From Gemmatimonadales bacterium (GTDB lineage Bacteria; Gemmatimonadota; Gemmatimonadetes; Gemmatimonadales; GWC2-71-9): a stretch of DNA of 64,000 nucleotides. Location: assembly GCA_037189525.1 (NCBI GenBank), contig JBBCJC010000003.1, positions 352,001 to 416,000 on the forward strand, written 5' to 3'. Below are positions 38,245 through 46,970 of this stretch, in pieces (positions within the stretch are counted from its first letter, which is position 1; each line of letters starts with the position of its first letter). Made by a program: the position numbers and the translations under genes. The notes beneath the pieces were generated by a model, which was not told where the DNA came from, searched no databases, and was given only the letters and a program-made list of their open reading frames with translations.

Positions 38245-39663
38245 ATGTCGTTCCGAATCGAAAAAGACCCGTTGGGTGAGAAGCAGGTTCCGGCCTCCGC
38301 CCTGTATGGAATCCAGACCCTTCGTGCCGTCGAGAACTTCCCGATCTCCGGTTTGAAGCCCTTGCCGGCGTTCGTCGATGCCGTGATCTGGATTAAGCGT
38401 TCCGCGGCCGTTACGCACAAACAGACCGGGCGCCTCGAAGCCCGGATTGCCGATGCCATCATCGCGGCGGCCGATGAAGTACTGGCGGGCCAGCACCGCG
38501 ATCAGTTCGTCGTGGATGTCTATCAGGCGGGCGCCGGTACTTCGCACAACATGAACTGTAACGAGGTGCTGGCCAACCGGGCCAACGAAATCCTGGGCGG
38601 CACGCGGGGAACGTATCAGCCGGTGCATCCAAACGATCACGTCAATATGGCGCAGAGCACCAACGACGTGATCCCGACGGCCATGCGGCTGGCGACGCTG
38701 GCATCGCTTCCTGCGCTGCTCGAATCGATGGCGGGACTGGCGCAGACGTTCATGAAGAAGGGGGCCGAGTTCGATCACGTCATGAAGTCGGGGCGGACCC
38801 ACCTTCAGGATGCGACCCCGATCCGGTTGGGACAGGAGTTCGCGGCGTACGGTCGGACGGTCGAACGGCATCGGCAGAAGATCGCGGAGGCGGCGCGCTG
38901 GCTCCGTCCGATGAACATCGGCGGAACGGCGGTCGGCACCGGGCTCAACGCCGAACCGGAATATCCCGCGTTGATGGTCGAACACCTGCGGGCGCTGACT
39001 CGGCTCGATCTCGAGGTTGCCGAGGATCGGATCCAGCTGATGCAGTCGATGGGCGATATCGCCACGGTGAGCGGATCGATCCGCGCCTACACGCTCGATC
39101 TCAACAAGATCGCCAATGACATCCGGTTGCTGGCGTCCGGGCCTCGTACCGGGCTCGCGGAGATCCTGCTGCCCGCCGTGCAGCCGGGGTCGAGCATCAT
39201 GCCCGGCAAGGTCAATCCGTCCATTGCCGAGATGGTCAATCAGGTCTGCTATCAGGTCATCGGGCTCGATACCACGGTTGCGATGGCGGCGGAAGCGGGC
39301 CAGCTCGAACTCAACGTCATGATGCCGGTCATGACTCATAACATCGTCTTTGCCATCAATATCCTGGGCAATGCGACGCGGCAGCTCGATGTCGAGTGCA
39401 TTCGCGGCATCGAAGCGGACGAAGCGCAGTGCGCCTACTGGCTCGAGCGCAGTCCGGCGCTCGTCACGGCGCTCGCTCCGAAAATCGGATATGCCGATTC
39501 GGCCAAGCTGGCCAAGGAAGCGATCGCGACGGGACTCACCGTCAAGGCGCTGGTGACGGAAAAGGAGATTTTGACCGGCAAGGAACTCGACGATGTGCTC
39601 GACCTCCGGGCCATGACCGAGCTCGGTGTTCCCGGCGGAAAAGGGTTGCCCGGCGGCGGTTGA
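38245..39663 (+). CDS. aspA: Aspartate ammonia-lyase (fumarase/aspartase family)
   Basis: GAGTSHNMN, QSTND, GRTHLQDA, GSSIMPGKVNP. Confidence 0.88.
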   Translation: MSFRIEKDPLGEKQVPASALYGIQTLRAVENFPISGLKPLPAFVDAVIWIKRSAAVTHKQTGRLEARIADAIIAAADEVLAGQHRDQFVVDVYQAGAGTSHNMNCNEVLANRANEILGGTRGTYQPVHPNDHVNMAQSTNDVIPTAMRLATLASLPALLESMAGLAQTFMKKGAEFDHVMKSGRTHLQDATPIRLGQEFAAYGRTVERHRQKIAEAARWLRPMNIGGTAVGTGLNAEPEYPALMVEHLRALTRLDLEVAEDRIQLMQSMGDIATVSGSIRAYTLDLNKIANDIRLLASGPRTGLAEILLPAVQPGSSIMPGKVNPSIAEMVNQVCYQVIGLDTTVAMAAEAGQLELNVMMPVMTHNIVFAINILGNATRQLDVECIRGIEADEAQCAYWLERSPALVTALAPKIGYADSAKLAKEAIATGLTVKALVTEKEILTGKELDDVLDLRAMTELGVPGGKGLPGGG

Positions 39664-39728
39664 GCCGCATCCAGAGCAAGCGGCGTCTCCCCGGTTGACG
39701 CTGCTTGCCGAGCTATGGAGGAACGCCA

Positions 39729-41399
39729 TTGCGCGTCGTCTGGATCATGATTGCCGGAGGCTTTCTGTTCGGTGCCGCAGAGGGCCGGGCGCAGCAGATA
39801 TCGGTCCGCGTAGTGCACGCCGGGGAGGGGACGCCCCTGGCAGGCGCGCTGGTATCGCTGCGCAGCATGGACGGCGTGGTCCAGGTGCGCGCGCTGACGG
39901 GCTCGGAAGGTCGAATCACCTTCCGAGCCCCCGCACCCGGCCGCTACGTTCCGCGCGCCGATGCGATCGGATACCGGGGGGTCGATGGGCAGCCCGTCGA
40001 TCTGGGTGGTGAGGTGCAGACGGTCGAGTTTGCGTTGGAACCCGCTCCGTTTGCGCTCGAAGAACTGGTCGTCGGCGCGAATCGGTCGGTGGTGTGTAAC
40101 ATGCGCGCCGAGTCTGCGCAGCTTACGTCACGGGTCTGGGAGGAGGCGAGGAAGGCGCTCTTCGGGACGGTGTTGACCCGCACGCAGGATCCCCCACGCA
40201 TGGAGATCGAACTCTTTCAGCGGCGGCTCACACCGAGCGGCTGGATTGCCTGGGAGCAGACGGCGCACGGAACGGTCCTGAGCGATCGCCCCTTTACGAC
40301 CGCGGATCCTGCCGAGCTGCACCAACATGGTTGGGTGCGGCCGGACGCGGCTGGTACGGTCTACTACGGGCCTGACGCCGAGATGCTCCTGTCGGATACC
40401 TTTCTCGAGGATCACTGCTTTCGAGCGGTCGCGACGGACGATCAACGCCTCGGTCTCGAGTTCTCACCCAATCGGAACCGCAAGGTGCCCGAGATTGCCG
40501 GCACGCTGTGGCTCGATCCCAAGAGTATGGAACTCCGGTCGCTGGAGTTCCGGTTCGTCAACCTGGAAATCCCTGATCGTATCCTGCGGGATGCGCGGCT
40601 TGGCGGAAGGCTCACCTTCGATCGTCTTGCAACTGGTGGTTGGTACATCCGCGACTGGAACATCCTGACGCCCTTTCTGGAGCGCCGGGTCCGGATCAAT
40701 CGCACGGACTATGTCATCGCCTGGTATCAGGACGTGGGGGGAACGGCTCGGCCGGAGGGCGGGTCGCCTCCGCCCGTGGTCGTCACCGGACAGGTGTTCG
40801 ATTCGCTGGCGGGGCGGCCGCTTGCCGGGGCCGCGATCAGCTTCGGCGGCACGACTGTCGTGGTTTCTGATTCGACAGGAGCGTTCCGCGTCGAACTGAT
40901 GCGAGAGGGCGACTACGTGGTGACCGTGTCGCATCCGGAGCTGACGGTCGTCGGTCTCGAGCCGATGCGCGATTCGGTCCGGGTGCGGGCGCCGGGGGTT
41001 CGTCTGGATCTGACATCGCCGTCGGCCGAAGCGCAGCTGGCGTTGCTCTGCCCTCGAGATGTGCGCCGGCCGGGATTGGGCGCGTTGAGCGCGGTCGGGT
41101 TCGAGGGCGCGGCGGAGCAGGATGTTCATGTCCAGGTCGAGGTTCCGCGCAGCGCAGCGCGCCCGCAGAAGGCGCTTGGCTTCGAGGGCGGTAACACGGT
41201 AACATCCAGAGTACTGCACCGTGAAGACGTGACCGCCGTTCAGGTGACGACCCGACCCGGTCGCCCGTTTTACATCTGCGGGATCGATCGTAACGTGCCG
41301 TTGCAGGTTATCGACTCCGTTCCGGGTCTTCCGCTTCGAGTCCGCGATGTGGGGCCGGGGCGCGCCCGAGTGCATCCGATGCTGCTCGATCGGCCCTGA
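39729..41399 (+). CDS. Exported protein with carboxypeptidase-regulatory-like (Ig/transthyretin-like) domains, paralog 1
   Basis: Signal peptide; PLAGALVSL and GQVFDSLAGRPLAGA modules; GGAGG before TTG 39729. Confidence 0.75.
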   Translation: MRVVWIMIAGGFLFGAAEGRAQQISVRVVHAGEGTPLAGALVSLRSMDGVVQVRALTGSEGRITFRAPAPGRYVPRADAIGYRGVDGQPVDLGGEVQTVEFALEPAPFALEELVVGANRSVVCNMRAESAQLTSRVWEEARKALFGTVLTRTQDPPRMEIELFQRRLTPSGWIAWEQTAHGTVLSDRPFTTADPAELHQHGWVRPDAAGTVYYGPDAEMLLSDTFLEDHCFRAVATDDQRLGLEFSPNRNRKVPEIAGTLWLDPKSMELRSLEFRFVNLEIPDRILRDARLGGRLTFDRLATGGWYIRDWNILTPFLERRVRINRTDYVIAWYQDVGGTARPEGGSPPPVVVTGQVFDSLAGRPLAGAAISFGGTTVVVSDSTGAFRVELMREGDYVVTVSHPELTVVGLEPMRDSVRVRAPGVRLDLTSPSAEAQLALLCPRDVRRPGLGALSAVGFEGAAEQDVHVQVEVPRSAARPQKALGFEGGNTVTSRVLHREDVTAVQVTTRPGRPFYICGIDRNVPLQVIDSVPGLPLRVRDVGPGRARVHPMLLDRP

Positions 41400-41435
41400 G
41401 TTCGGTTGCCGTTCCCTTCAGGTTGGAGGTCTACC

Positions 41436-43133
41436 ATGCGCAATCGCTGGTTACCGGCTCTGGTCTGCGGCTTCCTGATCGGTACGGCTATACCGTCCTT
41501 CGCGCAGACCGTGTCGGTCCGGGTCGTGCGCGCCGAAGCGGATGCGCCATTGCCAGGTGCGCTGGTCACGCTGCGCACCGTCGATGGCGTCCTGGTACTG
41601 CGTGCGCTCACGGACGAGCGAGGCCGGCTGTCGGTCCGGGCGCCCTCCGAGGGCAGCTTCGTCGTGCGGGCCGATGCGATCGGCTATCGCGGAGCCTCGT
41701 CGGCGCCGCTGGTGCTCGAAGCCGCACAGGTTCGGGAACTGACCTTTCGGCTGGAGGCGGCGCCGTTTGAAATCCGCGACCTGGTCGTAGCCTCCAATCG
41801 TGCCGCGGTATGCGATCTCGAGTCGGCAGGGGTCGGAGTTACGGCCCGGCTCTGGGACGAAGCTCGCAAGGCCCTGCATGGTGCGGCGATTACCCGGACC
41901 GATGCGCCGTTGCTGCTCGACGTGCAGACGTATGAACGCCGGTTGTCGCTGCAGGGCCGAATCGAACGGGAGCGCCGGGATGCGCGGCTGACGCGGAACC
42001 AGCGGCCCTTCGCGGCGGCCAACCCGGGCGATCTGCATCGGAACGGCTGGGTCCAGCAGCAAGGTGCGCATGCCTGGTACTTCGGCCCCGATGCCGAGCT
42101 GCTGCTTTCGGACGAGTTTCTCGAAGATCATTGTTTCCGCGCCGTCTCTCCCGATACCGCGGGTCAGGTGGGGTTGGCCTTCTCGCCGCATCGTCGTCGC
42201 GACCTGCCCGATATCCAAGGCGTGCTGCGTCTCGACAGTACCACGCTCGAACTCCGGTCCATCGACTTCGGATATGCCAACATCGATCTGCCCAGCGAAG
42301 CGCTCATCCCGGGCAAAGTCGGCGGGCGGATCGAGTTCACCCGACTGCCGAACGGAGCCTGGTACGTCAGCCACTGGAATATTCGAACCCCCTTTCTGAC
42401 TCGGCAGATGCAGCACCGCGGCATGGTGCACAAGGTGGTTGCCTACCAGGATGTCGGAGGCGAGGCCCGGCCGGTGCGTTCGGAAGCCGATCGCGCGGAG
42501 ACTACCGTGGCCGGCGTGGTTTTCGACTCGCTCACCAATCAGCCGCTTGCCGGGGTGGTCGTCACGCTGGGCGGGACGATGGTCGACACCACCGATGCGG
42601 AGGGCCGGTATCGTCTCAGTACGGGAGGGCAGGGGGAGTACCGTTTGACGTTTGCGCACCCTCGTTTCGCCGCGGTGGGAATGCCGCGGATCGAAGACTC
42701 GGTGCGCCTGGTGCGCGGCGTCGATGCGGCGCGCGATATCGGACTTCCATCGGAGGCCACCTTGTTTGGTCGGCTCTGTCCGGCGGATGTCGGTAAGCGC
42801 GACGTCGGGATCTTGAGCGCGGCGCTGGTCGATGCAGAGACTGGAGATCCCGTGCCGTACGCGATGGTGGCCTTGCATACCATCGGGGTCATCAGATTCC
42901 GCGCCGTCCAGAGCTACAATGCGTCGGGACGGCTCTCGACCCGGACCTCGGTTCGAGACGGAACCACGGTGCGGGAGATCACCATGGGTGACGAGCATGC
43001 GTTCTATCTATGTGGAGTGGGCCGGTCGGATGAGATTCGCATGACGGTCGCAGCGCCGGGCAGGGCGTCCTTCGAGTCGGAACTCGAGACGCCTCGTCCG
43101 CCCGTCGAGGCCCTCGTCGTCCGGTTGCCATAA
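41436..43133 (+). CDS. Exported protein with carboxypeptidase-regulatory-like domains, paralog 2
   Basis: GGAGG RBS; signal peptide; collinear similarity to the upstream gene. Confidence 0.78.
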   Translation: MRNRWLPALVCGFLIGTAIPSFAQTVSVRVVRAEADAPLPGALVTLRTVDGVLVLRALTDERGRLSVRAPSEGSFVVRADAIGYRGASSAPLVLEAAQVRELTFRLEAAPFEIRDLVVASNRAAVCDLESAGVGVTARLWDEARKALHGAAITRTDAPLLLDVQTYERRLSLQGRIERERRDARLTRNQRPFAAANPGDLHRNGWVQQQGAHAWYFGPDAELLLSDEFLEDHCFRAVSPDTAGQVGLAFSPHRRRDLPDIQGVLRLDSTTLELRSIDFGYANIDLPSEALIPGKVGGRIEFTRLPNGAWYVSHWNIRTPFLTRQMQHRGMVHKVVAYQDVGGEARPVRSEADRAETTVAGVVFDSLTNQPLAGVVVTLGGTMVDTTDAEGRYRLSTGGQGEYRLTFAHPRFAAVGMPRIEDSVRLVRGVDAARDIGLPSEATLFGRLCPADVGKRDVGILSAALVDAETGDPVPYAMVALHTIGVIRFRAVQSYNASGRLSTRTSVRDGTTVREITMGDEHAFYLCGVGRSDEIRMTVAAPGRASFESELETPRPPVEALVVRLP

Positions 43134-43225
43134 CCTGGATTCGACATTGAAAAACTCGGAATTCCACCCGATTCTCGCGTGAGTCGTGGGTGGCTCTCCC
43201 TTCCAGATGGAGCTAAATTGTCAGT

Positions 43226-43690
43226 ATGCGGATTACGACGTGGACGGAATACAGCCTGATCATCTCGATCCATCTCGCCAGACGGGGTGGTCGGGGCAGT
43301 ACACCCGTAGCGGCCCGTGAGCTGGCGGAGATCGAGCGGTTGCCGGCCGACTACGTCGAGCAGATTCTGCTGCGCCTCCGACGCGCCGGAATCGTCGAGA
43401 GTGTCCGGGGCGCCCGCGGGGGCTATTTCCTGGGCCGCGAGGCCGCGACCATCACGGTTCGCGATGTGATGGCCGCCTCGGAGCATCAGACCTTCGAAAT
43501 GAACTGTGACACCCATCCGGTCGACCCCGAGCGCTGTTCCCCCACCAGCGGTTGCGCAATCCGGCCGGTCTGGCAGGCGCTCCAGGTGCGGATCGATGAG
43601 TTTCTCGGCAGTGTGACGCTGGCGGATCTTCTCCGCGACGAGCCGACGCCGGAGTTCGTCTCACTCACCTCGAGTGGTGGCGGCTCGTAA
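43226..43690 (+). CDS. Rrf2 family transcriptional regulator (IscR-like, three Cys)
   Basis: YVEQILLRLRRAGIVESVRGARGGY; C-x9-C-x5-C. Confidence 0.92.
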   Translation: MRITTWTEYSLIISIHLARRGGRGSTPVAARELAEIERLPADYVEQILLRLRRAGIVESVRGARGGYFLGREAATITVRDVMAASEHQTFEMNCDTHPVDPERCSPTSGCAIRPVWQALQVRIDEFLGSVTLADLLRDEPTPEFVSLTSSGGGS

Positions 43691-43720
43691 ACCCCGGACC
43701 CCGTGGTATCGGGTTCGCCC

Positions 43721-44845
43721 ATGTCGAATCCTGCAGAGTTGATCCGTTACGCCCGGCACCTCACCCTGCCGGGCGTTGGTGTTGCTGGCCAGGACAAACT
43801 CCGGACCGCGCGAGTCCTGATCGTTGGCGTCGGGGGATTGGGCTCTCCGGCGGCGCTGTATCTGGCGGCGGCGGGGGTGGGAACCCTGGGGCTGATCGAT
43901 GCCGACCGGGTCGACCTCACCAATCTGCAGCGGCAGATCCTCCACGGAACCGGCGCCATCGGCCAATCCAAACTCGAGTCGGCCGCGGGGCGCCTCGCCG
44001 ATCTCAATCCGACCACGCGGCTCGAACTACACCCCGTGCGGCTCTCGTCGGCCAATGCAGCCGACCTGATCGACAGCTACGACATCGTGATCGACGGGAG
44101 CGACAACTTTCCGACCCGCTATCTCGTCAATGACGCCTGCATTCTGGGCGGCAAATCCTTCGTCTACGGCAGCATCCTGCGCTTCGACGGTCAGGTCTCG
44201 GTTTTTGGCGCGCCCGGCGGGCCCTGCTATCGATGCCTCTTTTCGGAGCCGCCCCCAGCCGAACTGGTCCCCAATTGCGCCGAAGCCGGCGTACTCGGCG
44301 TGCTGCCCGGAGTGGTGGGGACACTGCAGGCTACCGAAGCTCTCAAACTGATACTCGGTGTGGGCGAGCCTTTAATTGGGCGCCTCCTGCTGTACGACGC
44401 GCTCAAGGCGCGAACCCGCGATGTGGCCATCCGGCGTGATCCGTCCTGCGCGGTCTGCGGTGACCAACCCACGGTGACCGAGCTGATCGACTACGACGCC
44501 TTCTGTGGCGTGAGGGGTCGCGAGGCGGGCAGCGCCGAGGTGGCGCCGACCGAATTGGCGGCCTGGATCGAGTCGGGTGTGCCGCTCGAGCTGATCGATG
44601 TGCGTGAGCCGTGGGAAACCGAGATCGGCACCATTCCGGGCTCCCGCCTGATTCCGTTGGGTGAGCTGCCCGGTCGCTTGGTCGATCTCGATCCGCGACG
44701 CCTCTATGTAACGGTTTGTCACCGAGGCCAGCGTTCGCTGGCGGCGCAGTCCCTCCTCGATGGCGCCGGTTTCGAAGCCAGGAGTCTCCAGGGCGGGGTC
44801 GACGCCTGGTCGACTGAAATCGATCCCGGCCTGCCTCGATACTGA
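43721..44845 (+). CDS. moeB: Molybdopterin-synthase adenylyltransferase with C-terminal rhodanese (MoeB/MoeZ)
   Basis: RYARH, GVGGLG, NLQRQ, PCYRC, CAEAGV, rhodanese CHRGQRS. Confidence 0.92.
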   Translation: MSNPAELIRYARHLTLPGVGVAGQDKLRTARVLIVGVGGLGSPAALYLAAAGVGTLGLIDADRVDLTNLQRQILHGTGAIGQSKLESAAGRLADLNPTTRLELHPVRLSSANAADLIDSYDIVIDGSDNFPTRYLVNDACILGGKSFVYGSILRFDGQVSVFGAPGGPCYRCLFSEPPPAELVPNCAEAGVLGVLPGVVGTLQATEALKLILGVGEPLIGRLLLYDALKARTRDVAIRRDPSCAVCGDQPTVTELIDYDAFCGVRGREAGSAEVAPTELAAWIESGVPLELIDVREPWETEIGTIPGSRLIPLGELPGRLVDLDPRRLYVTVCHRGQRSLAAQSLLDGAGFEARSLQGGVDAWSTEIDPGLPRY

Positions 44846-44973
44846 CGTCCTCGGGCCGATTTTCGGTCTCCACACCGCAGCACGGTCGAGCCGCTGCTGC
44901 CGCAAATCCTCGACACTGTAGACCGTTGCCCTCGGACCGTTCCTGCACTGCCAGTCCAAGCCTTTGACACCTG

Positions 44974-44994
44974 GGTGTTCGCTTTCCGAACACC
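44974..44994. promoter_or_regulatory. Perfect inverted repeat, candidate enhancer (UAS) for a sigma54 activator
   Basis: GGTGTTCG-CTTTC-CGAACACC (TGT-N11-ACA core), ending about 110 bp upstream of the -24/-12 motif. Confidence 0.5.
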
Positions 44995-45105
44995 TGATTG
45001 ATGCATTCCAACCATCAGTCCTTCTGTCTCACGGGGGCCAGGGCGGGAAACGTGCTGTTCTTTGCACTCTTCCCGGCATTATAGGGGGAGACGGGCAGTC
45101 GGGTT

Positions 45106-45120
45106 TGGCACCCCGTTTGC
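45106..45120 (+). promoter_or_regulatory. Sigma54 (RpoN) -24/-12 promoter
   Basis: TGGCAC-CCCGT-TTGC fits TGGCAC-N5-TTGC; intergenic and oriented toward the lipoprotein gene. Confidence 0.72.
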
Positions 45121-45253
45121 CTTTCGAAGGGGCAACGCGACCCCTGCGTCCGATCATCCTGATCGGGTCGAACCAGACGCAGTCGTGGCGAGCAGCCGGC
45201 CGAGCTCGCGGTACCGTCGCAAGTCGATAACCTACAATCCGAGGCGTACCACG

Positions 45254-45853
45254 ATGTCTGTTTCACTTCGCTCTCTCCGCTCGACCCTGATCGCCTTGGC
45301 TACGGCGGCGTCGGTCGGTTGTTCCAATGATATGCTCGCGCCCGAACCGGTTGTCGAGTCCACCCCGAATCAGTTGCTCGGCCTGGGTAAGGTCATCGGC
45401 GGTCTCGGTAACACGGTCAACAACACGCTCAACAACACGCTCAATACGTTGAACAACCTGCTCACCGGGCTGGTCGCCTGCACGCCGCTCCAGAATGCGT
45501 CGACGACCAAGACGATTGGTCCGCAGGGTGGGACCCTCTCCGTCGGCCAGTACACGCTGACGATTCCGGCCGGTGCGCTGTCGCAGGCCAAGACCATCAC
45601 GATGCAGCAGGTCGCGGACACGGTCAACTCGGTGCGGTTCACCCCGCACGGGCTCCAGTTCGCGCAGTCGGCCACGCTGACGATGGGCTACTCCAACTGC
45701 CTCCTTGCTTTGCAGACCTCGCAGCCGGTGCGCGTGCTGTACGTCAACGAGGCGCTGCAGCAGCTCGAAGCGCCGCTCTCGGTCGACCATTCGGCGGCCA
45801 ACAAGGTGTCGGCCGAGATCGATCACTTCTCGCGGTACGCGATTGCCTGGTAA
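45254..45853 (+). CDS. Lipoprotein with ZU5-like beta-sandwich domain
   Basis: Lipobox SVGC; IGPQGGTL..LTIPAGAL, FTPHGLQF, IDHFSRYAI resemble ZU5-like motifs; GAGG RBS. Confidence 0.75.
   Translation: MSVSLRSLRSTLIALATAASVGCSNDMLAPEPVVESTPNQLLGLGKVIGGLGNTVNNTLNNTLNTLNNLLTGLVACTPLQNASTTKTIGPQGGTLSVGQYTLTIPAGALSQAKTITMQQVADTVNSVRFTPHGLQFAQSATLTMGYSNCLLALQTSQPVRVLYVNEALQQLEAPLSVDHSAANKVSAEIDHFSRYAIAW
45410..45460 (+). repeat. Coding 12-bp tandem repeat (NNTL)
   Basis: AACAACACGCTC twice at 45419-45442 with degenerate flanking copies. Confidence 0.8.
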
Positions 45854-45867
45854 ACGGCGCTTCGCCG

Positions 45868-46917
45868 ATGTCACCCTTACAACCGGACGGAACCTCGGAG
45901 CGGCGACCAGCCGCTCCGGCGGCGCAAGCGAAGTGGTACTTCGATCGCGCCGCTGAAGACGAACGCGGGGGCAGGACAACGGAAGCGGAGTGCGGCTACC
46001 TCACGGCCGCCGAGTGGGCCCGATCGGCGGCGGTGGCGGAGCTCGAAGCAGAAGCGCTGAGTCGGTTTGCGGTGATCAAGCACCATCAGGGACAACCCGA
46101 AGCAGCCAAACGGGCCGGGCTCCAGAGCTTGGCCGCGGCGCGAACGGCTCCCGACCGCGCCACCGAAGCGCAGACCCTCAACGTGCTGGCGGGTTTGAGC
46201 CTCGAACGGGGAGAACTGGACGATGCGCGCAAGCTGTTCGAGGATGCGCTCATGCTCGCTGCGCATCGCGAGGATCTTCGCGCCAAGATCGAACAGAATC
46301 TCGGCATCGTCGCCAACGTCCAGGGCGACTGGGGCCTGGCCGAGTCGCACTATCGGCGCGCGTTGGAGATCTACCGCCGGCTGGGCGATTGGCGTGGCGA
46401 AGCCATGGCCTGCCACAACCTGGGCATGATGAGCGCGGATCACCGTGACTTTGTCCGGGCCGAGCGGTACTTCTCGGAGGCGATGGCGCTGTCCCGCTTG
46501 CTGCGCGATCGGCGGCTCGAAGCGCTCTGCCTCCTCAACCGCGGCGAGATCCTGGTCGAGCGGCAGGCCTACGCGCACGCCGAACACGACGTCGAAGATG
46601 CCCGGGCGATTTTTCTCACGCTGGAGTCGGTGGTCGAAGAGGCGGATTGCCGGCGGGTGCTCGGCTCCATCACGGCGCAGACCGGCCGTCCGGAGCAGGC
46701 CATCGCGCATCTCACCGCCGCCATCCATCTCGCGATCGATGCGGACACGCCGCTCACCGAAGCGGAGGCCTGGCGTGAACTCGGCTATCTTCGCGCCAGC
46801 CAGGGACGCATCGAGGAGGCCTACCAGGCTCTGGAGGAAGCCGTCGCGCTGTTCGATCGGCTCGGCGCTCGGCACGAAGTGACCGAAGTCAGCCGGCGGT
46901 TGTCCGACCTCGTGTAA
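45868..46917 (+). CDS. Stand-alone tetratricopeptide repeat protein
   Basis: Repeated NLG..A...Y..AL TPR motifs; no catalytic domain seen. Confidence 0.85.
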   Translation: MSPLQPDGTSERRPAAPAAQAKWYFDRAAEDERGGRTTEAECGYLTAAEWARSAAVAELEAEALSRFAVIKHHQGQPEAAKRAGLQSLAAARTAPDRATEAQTLNVLAGLSLERGELDDARKLFEDALMLAAHREDLRAKIEQNLGIVANVQGDWGLAESHYRRALEIYRRLGDWRGEAMACHNLGMMSADHRDFVRAERYFSEAMALSRLLRDRRLEALCLLNRGEILVERQAYAHAEHDVEDARAIFLTLESVVEEADCRRVLGSITAQTGRPEQAIAHLTAAIHLAIDADTPLTEAEAWRELGYLRASQGRIEEAYQALEEAVALFDRLGARHEVTEVSRRLSDLV

Positions 46918-46970
46918 TCTTTGCGTTGTCTGGCGGGTCTGGCCCCGCCATTGCGGTATACCGGCGCGCT

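Noticed and set aside
45121..45250. Possible c-di-GMP riboswitch in the lipoprotein leader
   Set aside because: Small hairpins are present, but I cannot see the class I (GCAAA/GNRA-receptor) or class II consensus; an Rfam scan would settle it
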